A DNA stretch of 64,000 nucleotides from an uncultured Spirochaetota bacterium (GTDB taxonomy: Bacteria > Spirochaetota > B62-G9 > DRHN01): positions 183,745 to 247,744 of the forward strand of contig CAZFTJ010000003.1 of NCBI GenBank assembly GCA_964521865.1, read 5' to 3'. Shown here piece by piece: positions 1 to 10,328 of this stretch. A model generated the notes under the pieces. It was not told the origin of the DNA. It ran no database searches and saw nothing but the letters and a program-made list of their open reading frames with translations. Every line of letters starts with the position of its first letter. Positions within the stretch are counted from its first letter, which is position 1. Made by a program: the position numbers and the translations under genes.

Positions 1-1065
1 GACTTTTTCCAGGGGTTCTTGATGATAGCCTTCACCCTCGCCGCGTTTATCATTATCGCCGAAAGAAGCGGAGGATTCGTTCATGTTCATAAAAAAATTC
101 TTTCCGAAACGCCGGCACTCTTTTCAAGGCCGGGAGTGAACGGCTCGATGGGGTTCGGAATCTGGATCGGCTATATGGTACTATGGTTTTTCGCCGACCC
201 TATGTTCCCCCAGCTTTTTCAGCGTTTTATGGTTGCAAAGGATCGCAAGACCCTGCACACGACCGTAATCTTATACCCCATTATCACCACATTTCTTTTT
301 TTCCTCACCGTGTCGATAGGCGTAATGGGAAGGGCCTCATTTCCGAGCCTTGAAGCAAACATGTCGGATACCATTTTCCCGCTCCTTCTCGGACAGTATA
401 CCAATGTGTTTCTTGGTACACTCCTGTTGACCGGAAGCATTGCAGCTCTCATGTCGACAATGGACTCGCAGCTTTTGACCCTGACCTCGATGATCACCAT
501 CGACTTTCTTAAAATTGAAAAGAATGAAATATTAAAGGAAAAAATCACAATTATCGTGATCGGGGCCGTAAGCTTTTTAATCGCATTGAAGCCGCCGAGC
601 ACCATCCTCGACTTCATAAGCAGATCGACCTTCAACGGTCTGAGTGTGCTTGGTCCCTGCGTATTGGGCGGCCTGTACTGGAAAAAGGCAAACAAGTTCG
701 GTGCAGTTGCCAGCATCTTTACCGGCGAAATCATGGTAATTGCCTATTATTTCGAAAAAATAAATGTGCCGGGACTGCACCCGATCATACCGATTCTCGG
801 TGTTGCAGGTTCTGTTTTTATTATTATAAGTGCGCTAACGAGCGATGAAAACGATAATAAGGATATCGTGTTTTCGATACATAGGAAATCTCTCCTCTTT
901 ATACCGATTTTTATTTTGATTTTTATTCTGGGCAACGACTTTTGGAACTGGGGAAAAACTCCCGTACTTTCGGCCGGTCTGCCTCTGTGGATATGGTACT
1001 TTATCGGACTGGGTGTGCTGCTGTCCGCAGTATACGGGATATTCTTGAGAAGAACAGAATCCTGA
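1..1065 (+). CDS. Membrane transporter, sodium:solute symporter (SSF)-like, C-terminal portion; 5' end lies outside the window
   Basis: Reading frame is open from the window edge (same frame as ORF 19..1065). Several hydrophobic helix-like segments (FLFFLTVSIGVMG, LGTLLLTGSIAALMS, IGAVSFLIAL). Family assignment is by general resemblance only. Confidence 0.5.
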   Translation, partial: DFFQGFLMIAFTLAAFIIIAERSGGFVHVHKKILSETPALFSRPGVNGSMGFGIWIGYMVLWFFADPMFPQLFQRFMVAKDRKTLHTTVILYPIITTFLFFLTVSIGVMGRASFPSLEANMSDTIFPLLLGQYTNVFLGTLLLTGSIAALMSTMDSQLLTLTSMITIDFLKIEKNEILKEKITIIVIGAVSFLIALKPPSTILDFISRSTFNGLSVLGPCVLGGLYWKKANKFGAVASIFTGEIMVIAYYFEKINVPGLHPIIPILGVAGSVFIIISALTSDENDNKDIVFSIHRKSLLFIPIFILIFILGNDFWNWGKTPVLSAGLPLWIWYFIGLGVLLSAVYGIFLRRTES

Positions 1066-1185
1066 TACGCGGCAACGGAATGCAGGAAGCTGCATCTATG
1101 TGAAAAACTGCAACCTTAGTACCGAACCTCGTTTTTTATTCTTTTTCCCTCTCATTCGATGTATCTTAACCCCAGACGTATATAA

Positions 1186-1704
1186 ATGCAAACGATATGG
1201 ATTTTTGAAAGGAAACCGGTTATGGCAGCAGGCAAACACACTCGGAATATACCGAACGTTGGGCGTGCAGGAAAAATCGTGATTTTCACGGTCCTCGTCG
1301 TATGGTCGTGTTTCCTCGTTCTTCTTCTCGACGGATGCGCCAACATTAAATCGACCAAACATTACGAGGAAGGCAAACGCTACGTAAAATCCGAACGGTA
1401 CGATAAAGCGATCGAGGAATTCGAAGCTGCCCTGCGATACAACCCCGATCACAACCAGGCGCTCGAAGCCCTGGGTCTCGTATACGGAAAACTCGGTATG
1501 TATGAAAAGGCCCTTCCATACTTCGAGAAGGCATATTCTCTCAAGCCGGAAGACAGGCTCTACGTAACGAACCTCGCCGTCACCTATGAAAAGGCCGGGC
1601 GTTTTCCGGAGGCGAAAAAGACCTATACGAAGCTCCTTACAATCGATAAGGACAACGCCCTCGCCAAAAGGCATTTCAAAGAGCTCGAAGAAAAGGGATA
1701 CTGA
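1186..1704 (+). CDS. TPR-repeat lipoprotein
   Basis: N-terminal hydrophobic stretch ending in a lipobox-like LLLDGC; TPR-like helical pairs follow (AIEEFEAALRYNPDH, ALEALGLVYGKLGMYEKALPYFEKA). True start may be the internal ATG at 1222. Confidence 0.6.
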   Translation: MQTIWIFERKPVMAAGKHTRNIPNVGRAGKIVIFTVLVVWSCFLVLLLDGCANIKSTKHYEEGKRYVKSERYDKAIEEFEAALRYNPDHNQALEALGLVYGKLGMYEKALPYFEKAYSLKPEDRLYVTNLAVTYEKAGRFPEAKKTYTKLLTIDKDNALAKRHFKELEEKGY

Positions 1705-1706
1705 TA

Positions 1707-2186
1707 ATGACCGTTTCCATCATCGCTGCGATGACGCAAACAGGTGTCATTGGAAAAAACGGGAAACTCCCCTGGCATATCCCTGCGGATCTTCAGTGGT
1801 TCAGGAGACACACACTCCATCATCCGGTCGTTATGGGGAGAAAGACATTTGAATCAATAGGGCGCACCCTTCCGCAGCGTGAAAATATCATCCTCACAAG
1901 GCAAAAAGGGTATAAAGCTGCCGGGGCGATTGTCCTGCATTCGTTTGAAGAGGTCCTTTCGCATGCAGAAGGGATGAGGATAAGCGAGATTTTTATAATC
2001 GGCGGCAGAGAAATCTTTGAAAAGGCAATACCCGTTGCCCACAGGCTCTATCTGACAGTTATCCGGCAGGATTTTGACGGAGATGTTTATTTTCCTTCGT
2101 ATCCGCATGAGCAATTCGAGATTATTTTCAGCGAAGAGCATGAGGGACTAATTCCTCTTACCTTTTTGATACTGACTCGAACATAG
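1707..2186 (+). CDS. folA: Dihydrofolate reductase
   Basis: 159 aa with DHFR-like motifs (IIAAMTQTGVIGKNGKLPWH, VVMGRKTFESIG, IIGGREIF); size typical for bacterial DHFR. Confidence 0.85.
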   Translation: MTVSIIAAMTQTGVIGKNGKLPWHIPADLQWFRRHTLHHPVVMGRKTFESIGRTLPQRENIILTRQKGYKAAGAIVLHSFEEVLSHAEGMRISEIFIIGGREIFEKAIPVAHRLYLTVIRQDFDGDVYFPSYPHEQFEIIFSEEHEGLIPLTFLILTRT

Positions 2187-2344
2187 TCTGCCATTATATA
2201 TAATTTTATCCGTATCCAATACCGGTTCGCTGCACATTAAATTATTCTCAACAGCAGTCTTTTATAATGCCGGTATAAAAGAAAAAGATATCGCTTCGCT
2301 GGACCGGGTTTTTAAATGGATAAAACCATGAGCACGATGTCCCC

Positions 2345-4555
2345 TTATCCTTTAAGAGCAAACCATGTGACTGCCGCTGCAGCAAGAAAACGAAAGCGAA
2401 CAAGCTTGGTGAGACCCGTATCTCTAACGGCAGTACGTAAAAGAGGAGAAATATCGACTCCGTCCTGCACCACGGGTATCCCGGCAAAAAGTTTTTCCGC
2501 AAGTCTGGAAAACCGAGACTGGCCTGTCACCGGAAGGTTTGCGTATAATTCTTCAAGCTGGTTTGCAATGTGCGCCCCGGCCTGGCGGCTTTTCAAAAAA
2601 TCGATTAGATGAGAAATCCCTGTTGTGCTGTTGTCAAGAAAAGAGATATAGATCGGATAAAACCATTTGTCGAATCCGAGAATGCCTGCGATGGAGAGTA
2701 TTATTTCATCCCGCATGTAGGGCTGGTTCTTTTCTTTTAATTTGGCAAGAAGGGTTTGCACCGACGCAGGGTCATGGAAAAGCGCCAGGGCCGAAGCACC
2801 GTGTACAATGAGACTCGGATTCCTTGTTTTTTTGATAATATCTTCAATAACAGGAAGGCTTTTCCTGTCATTCAGATGAGCCAGCGCAACCATGCATTTG
2901 CCGCTTAAAAAATAATCCTTCGAGTAAAGATGCTTTCTGAGTACGGTTTTACCTTCATGAATTTTCCTCTTTCCGATAATATCTGCAGCAAGATATGCAG
3001 TTGTGAAGGAGTGGTTCTTGACCTCAGTTATAAGAGCGCTGACAACCGTTTCATCAACAGGCAGAGTGCTGAGCGCTGCGAGAGCCTCTTTTCTGATTGT
3101 AAACAGCGGCGATTTGAGCTTGTTCAGGATCTCGTCAATAGAGAGCGCCGACCCCGATGAGGCAAGCGCCCTGATCGCACTTTTCTCTTCGGACACGGTG
3201 CGTGACCTGTCCAGCCTGCTCAGCAGGCTGACAGTACGTATTTCCCTTGGAGAGAAGATTATCGCCATGGCATTGCCGATGGGATAGGCGCCCAGGTTTT
3301 CCATCCTTGCAATGAGTATCATGATAAAAACGAATAACAGGGCAATGGACCCGAAGTATATTCTGAAGACGTCGGCATTGCCGATGTTTTGAAAGTGTTG
3401 GAGCCATTCGATTATTACACCCCCTGATAAGGCTCCGATCCCGCTTGCAAGACCTCGAATCAGAAAGAACACAACCCCCAGATTCAGTCTTTCGTCAGCC
3501 CTGATGGCAGCGAAAAAATATGTCTGGCCCGCATTATAAACGCCGAAGTTTCCCATGTTGTGAAAGAAAAACACCAATGAGGCAAATATCCATATGAATC
3601 CGGGTTGTATCGTTTCTGGCGATAGAATGGTGGGGATTACGGCAAGCAGAGTAACGCCTGAAAAGATAAAATAGAATGGTTTCGCACCGAGCCTGTCGAT
3701 CATAAATCCGCTGATAAGCGCCATAAGTACGGCGCCCAGGCTTCCGAAAACGGTGTAGACGAGAATAAAATTATCGGGCTGATTGAATATCATCTTCATA
3801 TACACGATCAGGAAGGGGAAGATCATGAAAGTTGCAAGCGATATAAGGAAGTGAATTATAGTAAATTTCCTGAATGGTGCCCGTGTGAACGCCTGAAAGA
3901 AGCTCGACCATAGATTTTCCGATATGTTTTCGCGTATATTATACGGTTCGGGGATTTTCATGAAGACGAAAGAGGCACATAAGCCGCAGATGATCCCTGT
4001 AATGATGAGGAGCAGGTACCGGTACAGAGGAGCCTGCTTGCCCAGAACGAGGGCCATAACGATGCCGACCGCGAGAGTAGCCGCATGCTGAATTTTCTGA
4101 AGCTGCGAAAGAAGGCCGCCTCGCTGTTTTTCTGTTGTAACCTCGCCGATTACCGGGTTGTAGCCTGTTATTGCAATGCCGCGGAAGACACTGAAGCCGA
4201 GCACGCTGAATATGATCACCGCATACACAGCGGTATAGTGTCCTCTATCGGCAAAGAGAGGTGCGCTGAGCATCGGCAGCATCATCAAATGCCGAATGAT
4301 CCAGAACCTTCCCATCAAACCGACGACGCCGAATTTCTTTACAAGAGACCGACCGATGAGCATGCAGATATAACTTGCATACGTAAAAAATGACAGCAGG
4401 CCGATTAAAAAACTGCCCGCTCCAAGCCGTAGAGAAAAAAGGGCAATTATGTTTCCACTGAGAAGGGTAAAGGCGATGATGTTTAAAAAGGTAAATCGGT
4501 ACAACTTCTTACGTGCATCCGACATCACGCCGGGTGTGAGTTTCGGTTTTTTCAT
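2345..4555 (-). CDS. MFS-type transporter with C-terminal HEAT/armadillo-like repeat domain
   Basis: 736 aa. N-terminal about 430 aa with around 12 hydrophobic helices; C-terminal 300 aa is soluble with repeated helical units (ALAALSTLPVDETVVSALITEV, ALAHLNDRKSLPVIEDIIKK, ASALALFHDPASVQTLLAKL). Confidence 0.65.
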   Translation of the reverse strand: MKKPKLTPGVMSDARKKLYRFTFLNIIAFTLLSGNIIALFSLRLGAGSFLIGLLSFFTYASYICMLIGRSLVKKFGVVGLMGRFWIIRHLMMLPMLSAPLFADRGHYTAVYAVIIFSVLGFSVFRGIAITGYNPVIGEVTTEKQRGGLLSQLQKIQHAATLAVGIVMALVLGKQAPLYRYLLLIITGIICGLCASFVFMKIPEPYNIRENISENLWSSFFQAFTRAPFRKFTIIHFLISLATFMIFPFLIVYMKMIFNQPDNFILVYTVFGSLGAVLMALISGFMIDRLGAKPFYFIFSGVTLLAVIPTILSPETIQPGFIWIFASLVFFFHNMGNFGVYNAGQTYFFAAIRADERLNLGVVFFLIRGLASGIGALSGGVIIEWLQHFQNIGNADVFRIYFGSIALLFVFIMILIARMENLGAYPIGNAMAIIFSPREIRTVSLLSRLDRSRTVSEEKSAIRALASSGSALSIDEILNKLKSPLFTIRKEALAALSTLPVDETVVSALITEVKNHSFTTAYLAADIIGKRKIHEGKTVLRKHLYSKDYFLSGKCMVALAHLNDRKSLPVIEDIIKKTRNPSLIVHGASALALFHDPASVQTLLAKLKEKNQPYMRDEIILSIAGILGFDKWFYPIYISFLDNSTTGISHLIDFLKSRQAGAHIANQLEELYANLPVTGQSRFSRLAEKLFAGIPVVQDGVDISPLLRTAVRDTGLTKLVRFRFLAAAAVTWFALKG

Positions 4556-4670
4556 TTTATTACGGCGTATTCTTTGAAGCTTCGCAACTATGTTCCGGAG
4601 AAATAGTGTTTCTGGTGCCAGCGTAAAGCGCCTGCTCTGCTTTTACCGGCGGGTGTACACATGCCGGCGA

Positions 4671-6227
4671 TCAACCGGGAATTTTATTCAAGGATGTAAT
4701 CCTGATAATACCTTCCACCGCCTCCTGTGTGTAATCGGAGTTCGGGCATTCCCGTAAAAGCATCCTGTAATATTCGAGGGCATCGGCATCCTTCCCCTCT
4801 CTGACGAGAATACGCGCACTGTCGATATACTTTATCGCCTTTGTATTCTCCTCACGTCTCCGCTTTTCCTCCTCGAGGGTAAGCCAAATGGAGTGGAGCT
4901 TGCCGAGTATCATTTCCCGGTCATAGCTGTGTATCCTGAATATAAGCAGGTTTTCATATATATCGAGGGCTTTTTTATATTCGCTCTTTTTCTCATACGA
5001 CTCCGCCTGCCGGACGAGTTGCTCGAGCTTTTCGCTCTGTCTGATTTCGGCGGCAGCCGCATCCCGGGCATTGCTGTTTGCGAACAGGCTCCCGTTAAGC
5101 CCGCTGAGAATCGGTTTTAAATACTCCTCTTTTTCGAGAACGCGAATCCTCGTTTCAGCAAAATTATAGTCTTCATTCAAAAAGGCAAGATTTATTTCCT
5201 CAAATGGCGAGCGTCTTTTTAACAGCTCGAGGCGCCGGTCGTACTCCTGTAACAGAAAAACAAGGCGGCCGACAAGACTCATCGCCCGTTCATTGTCCGT
5301 TGATGACAGTGATTCGATTGCCTTCCAGGCCGAAACAGCAGTCTCATAATCCCCGTGCTCAACAGAGTACAGGAAATTTTCGAGATATCCGGACCGCACT
5401 GTATCGATAAAAAAGGTACCGTTCCAGCCGGGAGCGGTACGGGGCTTCAGAGGCTCAACCGCCCTCTGATACTCGGTCAGGGCGTCGAGGTTGTGCTCAT
5501 ACTCTGCCTTCTGCGCAAGGAGAGACTTCTTTCTTCTGTTGTACAGAGTCAGATATATCTGTATGCGCCGTCTTTTCTCTCCTCTGAACTCCACATCCGA
5601 TTTGATCAGGTCGGCAATGGACCGTAGATTCTTCTCTCTTCCCGTCAGATTGAATATGGACCTGCTCTGTGAAAATATTTTCTCTTTCTTTTCCATCCCC
5701 GCAAGAAAGCTGTTTTTACCTTCTTCAAGGGTTTTCAGCTCATGCTGTACCGATACGAGCAGAGTACGGTTCTTTCTGAGAAGATTGAGTGTCTCTTTAT
5801 GCATATTCTGTTTCGCAGAATAGGAAAGATAGCTCGCTACATACTCAGAATCAGGCACGGAAGAATGGAGAGCAGGCAATGCGCTCAAATCGTCAATATG
5901 GACCATATAGTATATACACAGCACAAAGATCAAAATCGCGCATGAGAAAAAGATATACACCGGAATATGCCTGTTTTTGCCCTGTGCTTTGTTTTCTCTT
6001 TCAAGTGAGTCATCCGGATCTGTATTTCTATCCGAATGCTGCCCGTGCGGCCCGGCACACCCGGCGGATTCCGATGTTCCTTTTTTCACTTTTACCGGAT
6101 TGGACGCGCCTTTTAACGTCCCGGGTCCCGATTTCTCATGATCGGGCTCATCGTTAAACAATCCGGAGTACCAGTCTCCGGGATCAAAGAGCGGCTCTTT
6201 TTCTTTTTTATCCATCTTTCCCTGCAC
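4671..6227 (-). CDS. Hypothetical membrane-anchored protein with coiled-coil/TPR-like C-terminus
   Basis: 518 aa. Charged low-complexity N-terminus, one hydrophobic segment (IPVYIFFSCAILIFVLCIYYMV), then a long helical region. No recognisable catalytic motif. Confidence 0.45.
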   Translation of the reverse strand: MQGKMDKKEKEPLFDPGDWYSGLFNDEPDHEKSGPGTLKGASNPVKVKKGTSESAGCAGPHGQHSDRNTDPDDSLERENKAQGKNRHIPVYIFFSCAILIFVLCIYYMVHIDDLSALPALHSSVPDSEYVASYLSYSAKQNMHKETLNLLRKNRTLLVSVQHELKTLEEGKNSFLAGMEKKEKIFSQSRSIFNLTGREKNLRSIADLIKSDVEFRGEKRRRIQIYLTLYNRRKKSLLAQKAEYEHNLDALTEYQRAVEPLKPRTAPGWNGTFFIDTVRSGYLENFLYSVEHGDYETAVSAWKAIESLSSTDNERAMSLVGRLVFLLQEYDRRLELLKRRSPFEEINLAFLNEDYNFAETRIRVLEKEEYLKPILSGLNGSLFANSNARDAAAAEIRQSEKLEQLVRQAESYEKKSEYKKALDIYENLLIFRIHSYDREMILGKLHSIWLTLEEEKRRREENTKAIKYIDSARILVREGKDADALEYYRMLLRECPNSDYTQEAVEGIIRITSLNKIPG

Positions 6228-6349
6228 ATTCGGGCGCAGCTGTATCGCGCTGTGTTCTCTTAATTTATCGGAACAGACGGCATTCCTATAAGCCTTAAGT
6301 GACTCCCCGTAACCCCGCGCTCGTTACAGAACAGGCGGCAAATTATTTC

Positions 6350-6378
6350 TTGATAAAGGAGATGCCTGTCCGTATATT
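6350..6378 (+). promoter_or_regulatory. Candidate sigma70-type promoter for eno
   Basis: TTGATA (6350-6355), 17-nt spacer, TATATT (6373-6378); about 40 nt upstream of the eno ATG, which is preceded by AGGAGG. Confidence 0.4.
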
Positions 6379-6400
6379 TAACGGGATCGTCAATATTTGA

Positions 6401-7708
<1,308 letters not shown>

Positions 7709-7815
7709 ACAGCGGATTTTTAGAATCCGGAGTTTCGGGAGCACAGTGCGGCAAGTGTGTTATCCGGCGGCCCGGTCTGGTATATGCAGGGAAGACGGTT
7801 CGCAGGCCCGTGCGA

Positions 7816-8874
7816 TCAGCATATACGGGGAAGCTGGTTTCCCACCGGCATGGTAATAATTCTGCTCGTACCGTAGGGTGTTTTCATGGTGAGACGTCCC
7901 GCCCCCTCATGGATCTCACCGATTTTCACGCTGCCTCTTCCCTCTTCAACGCTTCTCATCGCCTCAAGACATATCCGTGCCTTGCTTCCCGGCACAATTA
8001 CGATCATCTTTCCTTCGTTCGCCATCTGCAGCGGATCGAGACCGAGAATATCACAGAGACCCTGCACATCCTCATCGACCGGCAGTGCCTCCTCATCGAG
8101 TGCTATGGCGCATTCTGCACTTTCTGCAAGCTCGCAGAGAACCGCTGCGACTCCTCCCCTCGTCGGGTCGCGCGCACATTTGACCTCCGGCACAGCTTCG
8201 ATCACGGCCTGCATGAGATCGGAGAGAGGAGCACAGTCCGATCGTATGTCCGCCCCAAGTGAAAGATCGTTTCGTACGCTCAATATCGACGCCTCATGGT
8301 TGCCGATCGCCCCGCTTATTATAACTGCATCTCCTTCCGCTATCCGTGACGGTGAAAGCTCGACACCGGGCCGTACAACTCCCACTCCTGCGGTCGATAT
8401 GTATATGCCGTCGCCCCTGCCCTTTTCGACAACCTTCGTATCACCCGTTATGAGAGGGACGGGCACGCTGTCTGCGGTCTTTTTTATCGATACAAGCACC
8501 CTTTCGAGATCCCGGACCGGAAAACCCTCCTCGATGATCAGCCCGACGGACAGGGCGACCGGCAAAGCGCCTACAGCGGCGAGGTCGTTCACTGTTCCGC
8601 ATACGGAGAGCCTGCCGATATCTCCACCCGGAAAAAAGAGCGGAGTCACGACGAAGCTGTCGGTCGTCATAACCATTCTCGGCTGTTCTTCTGCAGTGGA
8701 ACCTCTCGAAATTCTTTCCACGGTCCTTCCGGCCCCTGCCGGGATATCGATACGTGAAGCATCCTCCATCCGATCCAGGGCCGGGTTGTCGAATGTGGAG
8801 ACGATGCCCTCGACGAGGCTTCTTGCCATACGGCCGCCGCCCCCATGTGTAAGCAGAATTCTCTCTACGCTCAT
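7816..8874 (-). CDS. hypE: [NiFe]-hydrogenase maturation protein HypE
   Basis: Ends in the characteristic C-terminal PRIC; AIR-synthase-like fold. Start placed at the ATG (MSVERILLTHGGGG) that follows GGAGGAGG; the longer track ORF begins at a non-ATG codon. Confidence 0.9.
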   Translation of the reverse strand: MSVERILLTHGGGGRMARSLVEGIVSTFDNPALDRMEDASRIDIPAGAGRTVERISRGSTAEEQPRMVMTTDSFVVTPLFFPGGDIGRLSVCGTVNDLAAVGALPVALSVGLIIEEGFPVRDLERVLVSIKKTADSVPVPLITGDTKVVEKGRGDGIYISTAGVGVVRPGVELSPSRIAEGDAVIISGAIGNHEASILSVRNDLSLGADIRSDCAPLSDLMQAVIEAVPEVKCARDPTRGGVAAVLCELAESAECAIALDEEALPVDEDVQGLCDILGLDPLQMANEGKMIVIVPGSKARICLEAMRSVEEGRGSVKIGEIHEGAGRLTMKTPYGTSRIITMPVGNQLPRIC

Positions 8875-9018
8875 ACCCCTCCTCCATTCTCCCGAAATTT
8901 GATGTTTAAATATTCTAATGTGGCTGTGAAAAAAAGAGAGCGGCAGCATGCCTTACGCATGATTTTAGGAGGCTTTTCCCGGATTATGAGGCGAACCCCG
9001 GGGATACGCACTGCCCGT

Positions 9019-10104
9019 TTAATCGCTTCGTCCGTATTTGTAGTATGCGGCACAGGACCCCTCCGAAGAAACCATACACGGCCCGACGGGATTCTCGGAC
9101 GTGCACCTTTTACCGAACAGTGCGCATTCCGGCGGAATTATTACTCCCCTGAGCACATCCGAGCATCTGCACCCCTTCGGATCGGGGCTTTCGACAAGAC
9201 GCAGCCCGAAATGCGCCAGCGCCTCGAGGTGGGTAAACTCTTCACGAAGTCTGAGACCGCTTTTCGGTATTTTCCCGATGCCGCGCCATTCGGCGTCTGT
9301 CGGTTCGAATACCCGATCCATCACATCGAGAGCGCGCACGTTTCCCTTCTCGGAGACCGCCCTTTTGTAGGTATTGGCGACGCCCGCCTCTCCCCTTGAC
9401 ACCCGACGTACGATTTCAAAGACAGCCGTCAGAATATCTACAGGCTCAAACCCGCCGACAACGCACGGCACATGAAACCGGTCGGCAATCGGTCTGTACG
9501 CGTCCCAGCCGATAATAACGCTCACATGACCGGGACATAAAAACCCGTCTATCCGTGTGTCATCACTGAGACACAGCGCCTCGAGCGCCGGTATTACCAG
9601 GCGGTTTGCGGCTATAAAGAACAGATTTTTTATACCTCGCTTTTCAGCTTCCAGAATGGATAGTGCGATCCCGGGAGTAGTAGTCTCAAATCCGACACTG
9701 ACAAACACGAACTCCCTGTCCTTTTCGGACGAAGCCATGTCCAGCAGTTCGTACGTCGAGTAGACGACGCGAACATCGGCACCCTCGGCCTTTATCTGTT
9801 CGAGGCTTCTCCCCGAGCCGGGAACACGCATCATATCTCCGAATGTCGCAACAGCAACATTCGAAAGCGCGGCCAGATCGAGCGCTGCATTTATAATCGA
9901 CGAGGGTGTAACGCAGACCGGACACCCCGGTCCTGAAATAAGCAAAAGCCCGTCCGGAAAAAGACCTCTGAGACCGTAGCGGGCGATCGCCATCGTATGG
10001 GTGCCGCAGACCTCCATGATCCTGACCGTGCCGCCCGGATAGATATCGCGTATCTTGCGCTCCAGCGTCTTTACGAGCTCCCTGTCCCTGTACGGTTCGT
10101 TCAC
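9019..10104 (-). CDS. hypD: [NiFe]-hydrogenase maturation protein HypD
   Basis: 361 aa with the HypD motifs CGTH and GPGCPVC. GTG start overlaps the hypC stop (GTGA), suggesting translational coupling. Confidence 0.92.
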   Translation of the reverse strand: MNEPYRDRELVKTLERKIRDIYPGGTVRIMEVCGTHTMAIARYGLRGLFPDGLLLISGPGCPVCVTPSSIINAALDLAALSNVAVATFGDMMRVPGSGRSLEQIKAEGADVRVVYSTYELLDMASSEKDREFVFVSVGFETTTPGIALSILEAEKRGIKNLFFIAANRLVIPALEALCLSDDTRIDGFLCPGHVSVIIGWDAYRPIADRFHVPCVVGGFEPVDILTAVFEIVRRVSRGEAGVANTYKRAVSEKGNVRALDVMDRVFEPTDAEWRGIGKIPKSGLRLREEFTHLEALAHFGLRLVESPDPKGCRCSDVLRGVIIPPECALFGKRCTSENPVGPCMVSSEGSCAAYYKYGRSD

Positions 10105-10328
10105 CGGCCTTCCTCCGGACGAAGCAGTTCCTCGAGCAGAGCGCGCGTTTCGAGCGCCTCCTGCTCATCGACGATCTGTATGGCGAATCCGGCATGGAGC
10201 AGAACATAATCTCCCACTTTTGCTTCCGGAACCAGATGAAAACCGGTATTGACTTTGATCCCGCTCATATCCACAACACCGGTCAATCCCTCTTTGCGTA
10301 TTATCTTTCCCGTTACTGCAAGACACAT
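10101..10328 (-). CDS. hypC: [NiFe]-hydrogenase maturation chaperone HypC
   Basis: 75 aa beginning MCLA (the conserved Cys2 N-terminus). Overlaps the hypF stop by 1 nt and the hypD start by 4 nt. Confidence 0.88.
   Translation of the reverse strand: MCLAVTGKIIRKEGLTGVVDMSGIKVNTGFHLVPEAKVGDYVLLHAGFAIQIVDEQEALETRALLEELLRPEEGR

Noticed and set aside
7886-8902. 338-aa ORF on the plus strand, low-complexity and Ser/Pro/Ala-rich
   Set aside because: It lies entirely antisense to hypE, which has strong motifs including the PRIC C-terminus. Its composition is typical of a shadow ORF, so it was not called.
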